A DNA stretch of 64,000 nt, from positions 73,526 to 137,525 of the forward strand of contig CAWJMD010000004.1 of the NCBI GenBank assembly GCA_963843835.1. The letters are read 5' to 3'. A model generated the notes under the pieces. It saw nothing but the letters and a program-made list of their open reading frames with translations, made no database searches and was not told the DNA's origin. The position numbers and the translations under genes are program-made. Source of the DNA: an uncultured Actinomycetota bacterium. Its GTDB lineage: Bacteria; Actinomycetota; Actinomycetes; Actinomycetales; CAWJMD01. Below are positions 9,522 through 19,576 of the stretch, piece after piece (the stretch's first letter is position 1; each line of letters opens with the position of its first letter).

Positions 9522-9743
9522 TCAGACGCCGCCGAACCCGACGCGGCGCGACTCCTCGGCGCCGATCTCGACGTAGGCGAGCGCGGCGCTCGGGACGACG
9601 ACGAGCCGGCCCTTCTCGTCGGTGAGCTCGAGCGAGGAGCCCTTCAGTGCGGCGGCGACGGCCTTGCTCACCTCCTGGGCGGTCTGGCTCGACTCCAGGA
9701 CGATCTCGCGGGCGACGTGCTGCACCCCGATCTTGACCTCCAC
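9522..9743 (-). CDS. DUF3107 protein (TB9.4-like)
   Basis: 73 aa, MEVKIGVQHVAREIVLES...LTDEKGRLVVVPSAALAYVEIG. Conserved next to the TetR gene in actinobacteria. Confidence 0.8.
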   Translation of the reverse strand: MEVKIGVQHVAREIVLESSQTAQEVSKAVAAALKGSSLELTDEKGRLVVVPSAALAYVEIGAEESRRVGFGGV

Positions 9744-9792
9744 GACGTTCCCTTCTGTCCGATGGGCGTTCTCTGTTGTCCCGCAGTCGAAC

Positions 9793-10452
9793 CTAGCTGT
9801 CCGCGTCGGCTCCGTCGCCGCTGTCCGCGGAGGGCGAACTCGTCTTCGGGAACGCCCGGATGCCCCGCCACGACAGCTGGGCGATCAGCTGGGCCGCCGT
9901 GGCACGGGGGATGCGGCGCTCGGTCTGCAGCCAGTAGCGCGCGCTCACCTGGGCCATGCCGGTCAGTGCCGCGCCGAGCAGCTCCGCCTCGGCGCGTCCC
10001 AGACCGGCATCCTCGGTGATGATGTCGGCGATGGCTCGGGAGATGGTCGTCTCGACCAGGTCGACGCGCTCGCGGACGCCCACGTCGTTGGTCAGGTCGG
10101 ACTCGAAGACGAGCCGGAAAGGTGCGTCCTCACGGTCGACGAACTCGAAGTAGGCGTTGATGGCCGCGGCGACCCGGGCCTTGTTGTCCCCGGTGGCGTC
10201 CATGGCCGCCTTGACCCCGGCCATCAGCTCGGCGTTGTGGAGGTCGAGGATCGCCAGGTAGAGCTCCAGCTTGCCAGGGAAGTGCTGGTAAAGAACCGGC
10301 TTGCTCACGCCGGCGCGGTCGGCGATCTCGTCCATGGCGGCCGCGTGGTAGCCGTTCTCGACGAAGACCTCCTGAGCGGCGCTGAGTAGCTGGGCGCGGC
10401 GGGCGCTGCGGGGCAGGCGGGCACCCCGGACCCGGGAGTCGTTCGCGGTCAC
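9793..10452 (-). CDS. TetR-family transcriptional regulator
   Basis: C-terminal 219 aa of the 527-aa ORF, starting at GTG 10452. HTH RRAQLLSAAQEVFVENGYHAAAMDEIADRAGVSKPVLYQHFPGKLELY. Confidence 0.9.
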   Translation of the reverse strand: MTANDSRVRGARLPRSARRAQLLSAAQEVFVENGYHAAAMDEIADRAGVSKPVLYQHFPGKLELYLAILDLHNAELMAGVKAAMDATGDNKARVAAAINAYFEFVDREDAPFRLVFESDLTNDVGVRERVDLVETTISRAIADIITEDAGLGRAEAELLGAALTGMAQVSARYWLQTERRIPRATAAQLIAQLSWRGIRAFPKTSSPSADSGDGADADS

Positions 10453-10605
10453 GTGCCTCTCACCCCTCCTCCAGTCAGCGGCCCGGCGGTCGACGGGTGC
10501 GCGGCCTCGTTCGGCTCGGCGCCAGACTACCTGCGAGTAGCCGGCCGGACCCGGCCGCCGCGCGTCGGGGTGAGCCGGTGCGCCGAGTCGTGACATCCTC
10601 GAACC

Positions 10606-11472
10606 GTGCCCGTCCGCGTCATCCTCCGCACTCCCCGGAGGACCCGCTCGACGCGGGGCCCGCTCCCGGCCCTGCTCGTCCTCGGTGTCGCCGGGCTCCT
10701 GGTCCTGGCCGGCTGCTCCCGCGCCGGGCAGGACGTCGCCGGTGAGGGCGGAGGCGCAGGTGCCACCACCTCGGCCACGACCGGGCGCGGAAAGCCCTGG
10801 AGGATCACGACGCTCGGCGATCCCGACGTCATCGGCGACGGCGCCACGGCAGCACCTGTGCCTGTCCAGCCCGTCCAGCCCGTCCAGCCAGCCGACCCGA
10901 CGACGAGCGCACCTCCCTCCCCGGACGTGCTGGCTGGCGTCCTGTCGCACGACGTGCCCGACGCCGGCGACGGCGAGCTGACGATGGTGCCGGGAACGGC
11001 GGAGGCGCCGGGCCCCGGTGACCGTGTCGACCTGGCGATCAGCATCGAGGGCGGCCTGGACGTCGACGGCTCGGCCTTCGCGGGCTTCGTGATGGACACG
11101 GTCAACGACCAGCGCAGCTGGGCGCACGACGGCTACACGTTCGCGCGGACGGACGGCGACGCCGACGTCACGATCGTGCTCGCCAGTCCCGACACGTCGG
11201 CCCGGCTGTGCCGTCCGCTGCAGACGAACGGCACGCTCTCCTGCCGCAACGGCACCCGCGTGATCTTCACGTGGTACCGCTGGGTCAACGGGCAGGAGGA
11301 CTACGCCTCGGACCCGACCGGCTACCGGCACTACCTCGTCAACCACGAGGTCGGGCACTTCCTCGGCCACGGCCACGTCGGCTGCCCAGGTCCGGGCAAG
11401 CCGGCACCCGTAATGATGCAGCAGACCAAGGGTCTGAAGGGGTGTGCCCCGAACTCGTGGCCGTACCCGTGA
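10606..11472 (+). CDS. DUF3152 lipoprotein with zinc-metalloprotease motif
   Basis: Lipobox LVLAGC and HEVGHFLGHGH (HExxHxxGxxH). Conserved position between TetR/DUF3107 and adnAB. Confidence 0.75.
   Translation: MPVRVILRTPRRTRSTRGPLPALLVLGVAGLLVLAGCSRAGQDVAGEGGGAGATTSATTGRGKPWRITTLGDPDVIGDGATAAPVPVQPVQPVQPADPTTSAPPSPDVLAGVLSHDVPDAGDGELTMVPGTAEAPGPGDRVDLAISIEGGLDVDGSAFAGFVMDTVNDQRSWAHDGYTFARTDGDADVTIVLASPDTSARLCRPLQTNGTLSCRNGTRVIFTWYRWVNGQEDYASDPTGYRHYLVNHEVGHFLGHGHVGCPGPGKPAPVMMQQTKGLKGCAPNSWPYP
10864..10890. repeat. 9-bp x3 tandem repeat (encodes PVQ x3) in the DUF3152 linker
   Basis: gtccagccc gtccagccc gtccagcca. Confidence 0.85.
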
Positions 11473-11807
11473 GCCGCCAGGCTCCGGACGCGGCGCCGGG
11501 GCCGCTACCCGACTTCGCCGAAGCCGTCCTGGAGGTGGTCGCCTCCATCCCCGCCGGTCGGGTGATGACCTACGGGGACGTCGCCGAGTACCTGGGCACC
11601 CACGGACCCCGGGCGGTCGGCAACGTGATGGCCCGCTACGGGTCCGACGTCCCGTGGTGGCGCGTCCTGCGGGCCGGCGGCGCGCCCCCGCTGTGCGACG
11701 AGGGGGGCGCGATCGAGCGCTACCGCGAGGAGGGGACGCCCCTGCGCCCCGGCGGTGCCCGCGTCGACCTGCGGCTGGCCCGGTGGGACGGGCAGACGGG
11801 GACGTGA
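11469..11807 (+). CDS. alkyltransferase-like (Atl) protein, MGMT DNA-binding domain without catalytic Cys
   Basis: 112 aa from GTG 11469 (GTGA overlap with the DUF3152 stop). IPAGRVMTYGDVA and PWWRV in place of the Ogt PCHRV active site. Confidence 0.8.
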   Translation: MSRQAPDAAPGPLPDFAEAVLEVVASIPAGRVMTYGDVAEYLGTHGPRAVGNVMARYGSDVPWWRVLRAGGAPPLCDEGGAIERYREEGTPLRPGGARVDLRLARWDGQTGT

Positions 11808-11868
11808 TGCCACGTCGTCGGCCCGGGCCCGGACGGGTCTGTCACCGCGCTGTGGTGGGATCGTCCGC

Positions 11869-14800
11869 GTGCCGCTCCTGACCCCCGACGCGACCCGTCC
11901 CGTGCGCGATGCCGCCGGGACGGGTCTGCGTCTGGTGCGGCCGGCGTCCCGGCACGAGGCACCGGAGCGGCTCGACGACCGGCAGCGTTCCGTCGTCGAG
12001 TCGCGCACCGGCTGTGGCGCCCTCCTCGTTGTCGGCGGCCCCGGCACGGGCAAGACCACGACCCTCGTGGAGACGGTCGTGGCCCGGGTGCAGCGCGACG
12101 GGCTCGACCCGGCCCGCGTCCTGGTGCTCGCCCCGTCACGCCTGGCGGCGGCCTCGCTGCGCGACCGGGTCACCTCCCGGCTGGCCGTGACGGTGACCGA
12201 GCCGCTGGCCCGGACGGCTGCCTCCTACGCCTTCGGTCTCGTGCGCCGGGCCCGCACCCACGCGGGGCTGGAACCGCCGCGCCTGATCTCCGGCCCCGAG
12301 CAGGACCTCGTGCTCGCCGAGCTGCTCGCGGGCCACGCGAGCGGCGACGGCGTGGACCCGGGCTGGCCGGCGACCGTCCGGCCCGCGGTCGGGCTCCGGG
12401 GCTTCCGTGACGAGCTGCGCGACGTGCTGATGCGCGCGATGGAGCGCGGACTCAGCGCGGCGGACCTGGAGGCGATCGGTGCCCGCCACGGCCGGCCGGA
12501 GTGGGTGGCGGCCTCCCGCGTCTACCGCGAGTACCTCGACGTGACCGCGGTCGCCAGCCCCGGCGCCTTCGACCCGGCGGCCGTCGTGGACGCCGCCGCC
12601 CTCCTCCTCGAGGACGACGACCTGCGGGCCGCCGAGCGCGAGCGGTGGCAGCTCGTGGCGGTGGACGACCACCACGAGTCGGGCGAGGCCGCCGCACGCC
12701 TGCTCGACCACCTCGCGGGTCCCGGTCGGGACCTGGTCCTGACCGGTGACCCCGACGCCACGACGCAGGGCTTCCGCGGCGCCGACCCGGGGCTGGTGGC
12801 GGGAGCCGGGGAGCGCTACGGCGCCCGGCTGGTCGTCCTCGGCACGTCGTGGCGGACGGCCGGCTCCCAGGCATCCGTCACCGCGCTGCGGGAGGTCACC
12901 CGCCGCGTCGCCGAGGGCATCGGCAGCGCGGGCCTGGTCGAGCACCGTCAGCGCCCACCGCAGCCGGAGGCCCCTGGCCCCATCCGGGCCGCTGTGTCCG
13001 AGGAGGGACCGGCGCCGGTCACCTCCGCCGTCGTGCGCTCGCAGGCCGCGCTGGGCTCCTACGTGGCCTGGACCCTGCGCGAGGCGCACCTGCTCGAGGG
13101 CGTGCCGTGGCACCGGATGGCTGTCGTGGTCCGCGGCACGGGGCAGACGGTGCACCTGCGACGTGCGCTGCTCAGCGCCGGCGTGCCGCTGTCGAGCCCG
13201 GGCGCCGAGGTCCCGGTCCGCGACGAGCCTGCGGTCCGTCCGCTGCGGTGGGCGGCCCGCGCAGCCCTGGACCCCCACTGGCTCGACGCCACGGCCGCGG
13301 TCGCCCTGGTCACGTCGTGGGTGGGCGGGGCCGACGCGCTCGCCGTGCGGCGCCTGCGCCAGGCCCTGCTCATGGAGGAGCGCGCCGGTGGCGGGACGCG
13401 CGCGAGCGACGAGCTGCTCGTGGACGCCCTGGGCGACCCGACCCGGTGGGCGACGCTGCCGGACCGCGCGGCCGAGCCCGGTCTGCGGGTCGCCCGCGTA
13501 CTGGCGGCGGCGAGGGCCGCGGCCGGGCTCGACGGGGCCACCGCCGAGACGGTGCTGTGGGCTGTCTGGGACGCGGCCGGTGCCGCCCCGACGTGGCGGC
13601 GTCGTGCTCTCGCCGGGGGCACGTCCGGCCGCCGGGCCGACCGCGACCTCGACGCCGTCGTCGCCCTGTTCGAGGCGGCCGCCAGGTTCACCGACCGGAT
13701 GCCCGGCGCCGCCCCGCGGGCCTTCCTCGACCAGATCGAGGCCCAGGACGTGCCGGCGGACACGCTGGCCGAACGGGCACCACAGGACGACGTGGTGTCG
13801 CTGGTGACGCCGCAGGGCTCGGCCGGCAGGGAGTGGGACCTGGTGGTGGTCACCGGCCTGCAGGACGGCAGCTGGCCCAACACGCGGCTCCGCGGCTCGC
13901 TGCTCGGCGCCCCCGACCTCGTCGACGTGGTCGCCGGCAGGGCGGGCAGCCTGCACGACACGGCGGAGGGCGACGACCCGCCGCGACGCGAGGTCGGGGG
14001 CGGTCCCGAACGGCTGCGGGCGGCGCGGGCGGCCGTTCTCCACGACGAGCTCCGGATGCTCCACGTGGCGGTCAGCAGGGCACGCCGGAGGCTGGTGGCG
14101 GTTGCGGTGAGCAACGCCGACGAGCGACCGTCCGACGCTCTCGACCTCATCGACCCTCGCGACGACGAGGGCGACCTGCGTGCGATCACCGCCGTGCCGC
14201 GGGCGGTCTCGCTGCCGGCGGTCGTCGCCCAGCTCAGACGCGACCTGGTCCGCGGCGGACCGTCGGCGGGCGAGGCGGCGCGGCTGCTGGCCGTGCTGGC
14301 TCGGGAGGGTGTGCCGGGCGCGTCGCCGCAGGACTGGTACGGGCTGGCGGACCTCTCCGACGGCGGGCCGCTGCGGGCGCCCGACGAACCCGTCACGGTG
14401 ACGCCGTCCACGATCGAGTCCTTCGAGCAGTGCAGCCTGCACTGGTTGCTGCGCTCGAGCGGCGGCTCCGCCGGCGACGCCACCGCGGCCGGCGTCGGGT
14501 CGCTCGTGCACGACGTGGCCGAGCGGCTGCCCGCCGGGACGCGGGCAGAGCTCGTCGCGATGGTCGACGAGCTGTGGCCGACACTGGGAATGCCCCGCAC
14601 CTGGAGCGCCGAGAGGCAGAGGGCCCGGGCGCACCTGATGGTCTCCCGCTTCGCCGGGTACTGCCGGGGCCTCGACCGGACGCTCGTCGGGGCCGAGGTG
14701 GGGTTCGAGGTCCGGGTCGGCTCGGCGGTGCTGCGCGGCCGCGTGGACCGCCTCGAGGTCGACGCGGACGGCCGGCTGTGGGTCGTGGACCTCAAGACCG

Positions 14801-15165
14801 GCAGCTCCCCTCCGTCGGTGAAGGACATGCCGCGGCACGCACAGCTCGGCGCCTACCAGGTCGCCGTCGAGTCCGGTGGGTTCGACGCCGCCGTCGACGG
14901 GGCGGCCCCCCAGGAGGCGTCGGGGTCGACGAGCGGCGGCGCGCTGATCGTGCAGGTCGGGGGCAAGCGGACGGCGCACGCCGAGCGCCTCCAGGGCCCG
15001 CTGCGGTCCGACGACGACCCCGAGTGGGCGCACCGCCTGGTCGCCGACGCGGCCGAGGGGATGGCCGGCGCGACCTTCGTCGCGCGCGTGCAGGACTCAT
15101 GCCGGTACTGCCCGGTCAGGGCCTCGTGCCCGGCTCAGGTGGAGGGCCGGGTGGTCGGCGGATGA
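11869..15165 (+). CDS. adnA: helicase-nuclease subunit AdnA (UvrD-like motor plus C-terminal PD-(D/E)XK nuclease)
   Basis: LLVVGGPGTGKTTT Walker A. C-terminal DLKTGS nuclease motif and a Cys cluster (C...CRYCPVRASC). Start at GTG 11869 is tentative. Confidence 0.85.
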   Translation: MPLLTPDATRPVRDAAGTGLRLVRPASRHEAPERLDDRQRSVVESRTGCGALLVVGGPGTGKTTTLVETVVARVQRDGLDPARVLVLAPSRLAAASLRDRVTSRLAVTVTEPLARTAASYAFGLVRRARTHAGLEPPRLISGPEQDLVLAELLAGHASGDGVDPGWPATVRPAVGLRGFRDELRDVLMRAMERGLSAADLEAIGARHGRPEWVAASRVYREYLDVTAVASPGAFDPAAVVDAAALLLEDDDLRAAERERWQLVAVDDHHESGEAAARLLDHLAGPGRDLVLTGDPDATTQGFRGADPGLVAGAGERYGARLVVLGTSWRTAGSQASVTALREVTRRVAEGIGSAGLVEHRQRPPQPEAPGPIRAAVSEEGPAPVTSAVVRSQAALGSYVAWTLREAHLLEGVPWHRMAVVVRGTGQTVHLRRALLSAGVPLSSPGAEVPVRDEPAVRPLRWAARAALDPHWLDATAAVALVTSWVGGADALAVRRLRQALLMEERAGGGTRASDELLVDALGDPTRWATLPDRAAEPGLRVARVLAAARAAAGLDGATAETVLWAVWDAAGAAPTWRRRALAGGTSGRRADRDLDAVVALFEAAARFTDRMPGAAPRAFLDQIEAQDVPADTLAERAPQDDVVSLVTPQGSAGREWDLVVVTGLQDGSWPNTRLRGSLLGAPDLVDVVAGRAGSLHDTAEGDDPPRREVGGGPERLRAARAAVLHDELRMLHVAVSRARRRLVAVAVSNADERPSDALDLIDPRDDEGDLRAITAVPRAVSLPAVVAQLRRDLVRGGPSAGEAARLLAVLAREGVPGASPQDWYGLADLSDGGPLRAPDEPVTVTPSTIESFEQCSLHWLLRSSGGSAGDATAAGVGSLVHDVAERLPAGTRAELVAMVDELWPTLGMPRTWSAERQRARAHLMVSRFAGYCRGLDRTLVGAEVGFEVRVGSAVLRGRVDRLEVDADGRLWVVDLKTGSSPPSVKDMPRHAQLGAYQVAVESGGFDAAVDGAAPQEASGSTSGGALIVQVGGKRTAHAERLQGPLRSDDDPEWAHRLVADAAEGMAGATFVARVQDSCRYCPVRASCPAQVEGRVVGG

Positions 15166-18100
15166 CCGCCTCCCTGTTCAGCGCCGCAGACCTGGCGTCG
15201 GCCCTCGGGCTGGACCCGCCGACCGCGGAGCAGACCCGGGTGATCGAGTCCCCGCTGTCCCCGCACCTGGTCGTGGCCGGGGCGGGGTCGGGCAAGACCG
15301 AGACCATGGCCGGACGCGTCGTGTGGCTGGTGGCCAACGGGCTGGTGGCGCCGGACCAGGTCCTCGGGCTGACGTTCACGCGGAAGGCCGCGGCCGAGCT
15401 GTCGGAACGGATCGGCCTGCGGCTGCGTGCCCTTGCCAGACGGGGGATCGGACCCGCCCAGCAGCCGGGGGCACGCGCCGACGTGTCCACCTACAACGCC
15501 TACGCGGCCTCACTGGTGGCCGACCACGGGCTGCGGCTGGGGATCGAGCCGGGGTCGCGGCTGCTGGGGGAGGCCGCCAGCTGGCAGCTCGCCCACGACG
15601 TGGTGGAGTCCTGGGACGGGGAGAGCGACCTCGCCGACCTCGACCTCGGCGTCGACTGGCTGGTCGCGGCCGTGCTCTCCCTCGCGGGCCAGTGCGCCGA
15701 GCACCTGGTCGCCCCCCGGGACCTGCTCGACCTGCTCGACCAAGTGGAGGGCCGGTTGCGTGGCCTACCCAAGGACGGCACGGGGGGCGCCCCAGCGTCC
15801 CCGGCGCGGGGCGGCTCGATCGCGTCGGCGTTGTCGTCGGTGGCGCAGCGCCGGGCCCTGGTGCCGGTGGTCGAGGCCTACCTGCGGCGCAAGCGCGAGC
15901 TGGAGACGCTCGACTTCGGCGACCAGGTCCGCCTGGGAGCGGAGCTGGCCGCCGTGCCGGACGTCGCGGCGGGGGAGCGGGCACGCTTCGGGGTGGTGCT
16001 TCTCGACGAGTACCAGGACACCTCGCACGCGCAGCTCACGCTGCTGAGGTCCCTGTTCGCCGATGGTCACGCCGTGACGGCGGTCGGCGATCCGCACCAG
16101 TCGATCTACGGCTGGCGGGGGGCGAGCGCGGCGAACCTTGACCACTTCCCGCGGCACTTCGCCCTCGCTGACGCCAGCCCGGCGCCGGTGCTGTCGCTCA
16201 GTACGTCCTGGCGCAACGACCGGGTCGCGCTCGACGTGGCCAACACCGTGTCGGAGCCCCTGCGCACGCGGGCCGTGGTGCCCGTCCCCGCGCTCGTCGC
16301 GCGTCCCGGGGCGGGGGACGGCGTGGTCGAGGTGGGCTGGCACGCCACCCAGGAGGACGAGGCGGCAGCGGTCGCCGCCAGGGTCGCCGAGTTGTGGAAC
16401 GGCCCCGACCGGCCCACGGTCGCCGTGCTCTGCCGACAGCGCAAGCAGTTCCCGTTCCTGGAGAACGCCCTTCGCGCCGAGGGTCTGCCCGTCGAGGTGG
16501 TCGGTCTCGGTGGGCTGCTCGACCGGCCGGAGGTGGCCGACGTGATCGCCACGCTGCGGGTGCTGAACGACCCCGCCCGCGGGGACGCGCTCGTGCGGCT
16601 GATGACGGGACCGCGCTGGCGGATCGGCCCACGCGACCTGATGGCCCTGGGTAGGTGGGCGCGCTCACTCGCGGCGCGGCTGCGGGGTGCGGGCGGTTCA
16701 CCGTCCGACACCGGGGTGGCGCCCGACCCCGACGTCGTCGACGACTCGAGCATCGTCGACGCCCTGGACACGCTGCCGCCGCCGGGCTGGACGCCCGCCG
16801 ACCGCCCCGGCCTCTCCCCCACCGGTCACGAGCGGCTCACACGCCTGGCTGCCGAGCTGGCCCACCTGCGCCGCGCCGCCTCGCTGCCCCTGGCGGAGCT
16901 GGTGGGCGAGGTGGAGCGGACCCTCCTGCTGGAGATCGAGCTCGCCAGCGTCACGGCCTCCGCGGACGCCGCGCTCGCCCGTGCGCAGCTCGACGCGTTC
17001 ACCGACGTGGCGGCGTCCTTCACCGACACGGCGGACCGGCCGTCGCTCGGCGGTTTCCTGTCGTGGCTCGAGGCAGCCGCCACGCGGGAGCGCGGCCTCG
17101 ACCAGGAGCAGGAGGAGCCCGTCGTGGCGGGCGACGACCTGTCGGCGAGCACCACCGCGGTGCAGCTGCTCACCGTCCACGCGGCCAAGGGGCTGGAGTG
17201 GGACGTCGTCGCCGTCCCGGGTCTGGTCGAGCGCAAGTTCCCTTCCGTCACACCGGCCAAGGGACGCGACAGCGCGCCCGGCTGGCCGACCACGATCGGC
17301 GACCTGCCCTACCCGCTGCGGGGCGACCGGGACTCCCTGCCGGTGTGGCGCTGGCAGGACGCCACGCACCTCGCGGCGCTCGAGGAGTCCCTGACCGACT
17401 TCAAGTTCGACTCCGGCGACCACGAGGCGACCGAGGAGCGGCGCCTGGCCTACGTGGCCTTCACGCGGCCGCGGCACACGCTGCTGCTGTCGGGGTTCTG
17501 GTGGGACCACACGAAGTCACCGCGCGTGGTGTCCAGGTTCCTCCGCGAGGTGGTCGACGGTCTCGACGGTGACCCGCGGATGCACCTGGTCGGCGTGACT
17601 CCCGACACGCTCGCGTCACCGCCCGTGGGGGAGACCAACCCGGTCCGGGACCGGGTGGTCACGGCGCCGTGGCCCTACGACCCGCTGGGTCGCCGGCGCG
17701 CCGACGTCGAGGCCGCCGCGGCCGCGGTGCACGCCGTCGGCCCGGTGGGCAGGGAGGAGCTCGACCTCGACGGCGGCGGCCTGGACTCCGAGATCGCGCG
17801 TCTGCTCACCGAGCGCGACCTCGCGGCGAGGGACGGCCGGGGCGGTCGGGTGCGACTGCCCACGCACCTGTCCGCCTCGCGTGCGGTGCAGCTCGCCGAG
17901 GACCCGGCCGGACTGGCGCTCGCACTGCGTCGGCCGATGCCGAGCGAGCCACGACCCAGCACGCGACGCGGGACTGCCTTCCACGCCTGGATGGAGCAGC
18001 GGCTGCGGTCCGAGGCGCTGATCGACCTGGACGACCTGCCCGGCGCGGGCGACGACGACGCAGCCGCGGACGACGAGCTGTCCACGCTCCGCGCGAACTT

Positions 18101-18566
18101 CGAGGCGAGTGAGTGGGCCACGCGTGAGGTCGTGGCGGTCGAGGTCGACGTGGAGACGCCGATCGCGGGGATGGTCCTCCGTGGCCGGATCGACGCCGTG
18201 TTCGCCGGCTCGCCGGTCTTCGGGTCGACCCGGGCCCGGCGGCCGTCCGGGGCACGTGCCACCCGGGTGCCCGACGGCCAGGTCGAGCTGATGGGCGCCG
18301 GCTACGACGTCGTCGACTGGAAGACCGGGACGCCGCCGACGGGGGAGAGGCTCCAGGCCGCGGCGGTCCAGCTCGCGGTCTACCGGCTGGCGTGGGCGCG
18401 GCTGCAGGACGTGCCCGTCGACCAGGTCGGTGCCGCGTTCTTCTACGTGTCGACCGGGCAGACGCTGCGGCCCGCCGACGGGCTCGACGAGAGGCACCTG
18501 GTCGACCTGGTCACCGGGGTGGAGGTCGACCCCGGTGACCAGGTCGCCGTCGATCACCAGCGGTGA
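15162..18566 (+). CDS. adnB: helicase-nuclease subunit AdnB (UvrD/Rep superfamily 1 motor plus RecB-like nuclease)
   Basis: ATG 15162 forms an ATGA overlap with the adnA stop. VVAGAGSGKTETM, LLDEYQDTS, VGDPHQSIYGWRGA, TVHAAKGLEWD and a C-terminal VVDWKTG nuclease motif. Confidence 0.9.
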   Translation: MTASLFSAADLASALGLDPPTAEQTRVIESPLSPHLVVAGAGSGKTETMAGRVVWLVANGLVAPDQVLGLTFTRKAAAELSERIGLRLRALARRGIGPAQQPGARADVSTYNAYAASLVADHGLRLGIEPGSRLLGEAASWQLAHDVVESWDGESDLADLDLGVDWLVAAVLSLAGQCAEHLVAPRDLLDLLDQVEGRLRGLPKDGTGGAPASPARGGSIASALSSVAQRRALVPVVEAYLRRKRELETLDFGDQVRLGAELAAVPDVAAGERARFGVVLLDEYQDTSHAQLTLLRSLFADGHAVTAVGDPHQSIYGWRGASAANLDHFPRHFALADASPAPVLSLSTSWRNDRVALDVANTVSEPLRTRAVVPVPALVARPGAGDGVVEVGWHATQEDEAAAVAARVAELWNGPDRPTVAVLCRQRKQFPFLENALRAEGLPVEVVGLGGLLDRPEVADVIATLRVLNDPARGDALVRLMTGPRWRIGPRDLMALGRWARSLAARLRGAGGSPSDTGVAPDPDVVDDSSIVDALDTLPPPGWTPADRPGLSPTGHERLTRLAAELAHLRRAASLPLAELVGEVERTLLLEIELASVTASADAALARAQLDAFTDVAASFTDTADRPSLGGFLSWLEAAATRERGLDQEQEEPVVAGDDLSASTTAVQLLTVHAAKGLEWDVVAVPGLVERKFPSVTPAKGRDSAPGWPTTIGDLPYPLRGDRDSLPVWRWQDATHLAALEESLTDFKFDSGDHEATEERRLAYVAFTRPRHTLLLSGFWWDHTKSPRVVSRFLREVVDGLDGDPRMHLVGVTPDTLASPPVGETNPVRDRVVTAPWPYDPLGRRRADVEAAAAAVHAVGPVGREELDLDGGGLDSEIARLLTERDLAARDGRGGRVRLPTHLSASRAVQLAEDPAGLALALRRPMPSEPRPSTRRGTAFHAWMEQRLRSEALIDLDDLPGAGDDDAAADDELSTLRANFEASEWATREVVAVEVDVETPIAGMVLRGRIDAVFAGSPVFGSTRARRPSGARATRVPDGQVELMGAGYDVVDWKTGTPPTGERLQAAAVQLAVYRLAWARLQDVPVDQVGAAFFYVSTGQTLRPADGLDERHLVDLVTGVEVDPGDQVAVDHQR

Positions 18567-19084
18567 GCCACGTCCACGACCATCCGGCTGCCGTCACCGG
18601 GGCCGTCCAGGAGGAAGACCCGGAAGGGCAGTCGGGCCCGCACACCGAGGCCCACGGTGGTGTAGCCCTCGAAGCTGCCGGCGTAGACCACCTGGCGGAA
18701 CGTGCGGTAGCCCCTGACGTTCGCCGCGTCGTCACCGTTCCTGAGTCCGGACGACACAGGGTTCTTCAGGCCGGCGAACGCGACCACCTCCAGCCGCGCA
18801 CCGCCGCGCACGGCGACCGGGAAACCGGAGCCGTCCTGCCTGACCTGGGAGACGTAGCGGACCGAGTAGCCGGCGACGGTGCCGTCGACGTCGACCACCA
18901 GCCGGTCGAAGCAGGGGTGCCGCCCCGTCCTGAAGTCCGTCACCTGCCCGTAGGTCGGTCGGGACGCCTGCTCGGGCAGTGAGCCCCACCGGATGCCGCA
19001 GTACGGGGCCGCGGACGCGGGGGGCAGGGCCATGACGCCGAGCAGGCCGGCGAGCAGAGCCAGAACCGCGAGGAACCTTCTCAT
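18554..19084 (-). CDS. secreted hypothetical protein
   Basis: 176 aa from ATG 19084 with GGAGGTG upstream. Signal peptide MRRFLAVLALLAGLLGVMALPPASA-AP, then two Cys and a beta-rich domain. Confidence 0.6.
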   Translation of the reverse strand: MRRFLAVLALLAGLLGVMALPPASAAPYCGIRWGSLPEQASRPTYGQVTDFRTGRHPCFDRLVVDVDGTVAGYSVRYVSQVRQDGSGFPVAVRGGARLEVVAFAGLKNPVSSGLRNGDDAANVRGYRTFRQVVYAGSFEGYTTVGLGVRARLPFRVFLLDGPGDGSRMVVDVAHRW

Positions 19085-19174
19085 CTCACACCTCCGGGTG
19101 TGCGCGTGCCGAGTGATGCCCCGTACACGCGCGGCGCGGGCCACCGGTTGTCCGGCGCGGCTAGGCTCGCGGCC

Positions 19175-19537
19175 GTGACGGTCCTGGGGCAGGTCCTGGT
19201 CGGCGTGGTGGCGCTGATCCACGTCTACGTCGTCGTGCTCGAGATGGTGCTGTGGACCACGCCGCGTGGTCGGGCTGCGTTCGGGACCACGCCGGAGCAG
19301 GCCGCGCAGACGAAGGTGCTGGCCGCGAACCAGGGCCTTTACAACGCGTTCCTCGTCGCCGGGCTGGTCTGGGGGCTGGTGTCGGCCGACCCTCTGCGGT
19401 GGCAGGTGGAGACGTTCTTCCTGCTCTGCGTCGCCGTGGCGGGCGTGTTCGGGGCGGCCACGGTCAGCCGGCGCATCCTGCTCGTGCAGACGGCCCCGGC
19501 TGTCGCGGCGCTCGCGGTCGTGCTCCTGGCCCGCTGA
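19175..19537 (+). CDS. DUF1304 membrane protein
   Basis: 120 aa from GTG 19175. ALIHVYVVVLEMVLW...NQGLYNAFLVAGL, typical of DUF1304. Confidence 0.7.
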   Translation: MTVLGQVLVGVVALIHVYVVVLEMVLWTTPRGRAAFGTTPEQAAQTKVLAANQGLYNAFLVAGLVWGLVSADPLRWQVETFFLLCVAVAGVFGAATVSRRILLVQTAPAVAALAVVLLAR

Positions 19538-19576
19538 GTGCGTACCGGCGGCCCGAAAGCCTTGGCGCGCAACGAC

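Noticed and set aside
12136-15033. Very long antisense or alternative-frame ORFs. Examples: 12136..15033 (-), 19695..21599 (-), 19538..21340 (+), 28691..31063 (-), 41711..44062 (+), 45970..47835 (+), 60152..62350 (-), 54792..56258 (-)
   Set aside because: All give low-complexity R/G/P/A-rich translations, lack recognisable motifs, and fully overlap genes with clear family signatures. They are typical high-GC artefacts.
12849-15161. Upstream 770 codons of the 1905-aa ORF that ends as adnB
   Set aside because: This stretch is an Arg/Gly/Pro-rich out-of-frame reading of adnA with no motifs. The real adnB begins at ATG 15162, in an ATGA overlap with the adnA stop. Long open alternative frames are expected at this GC content.
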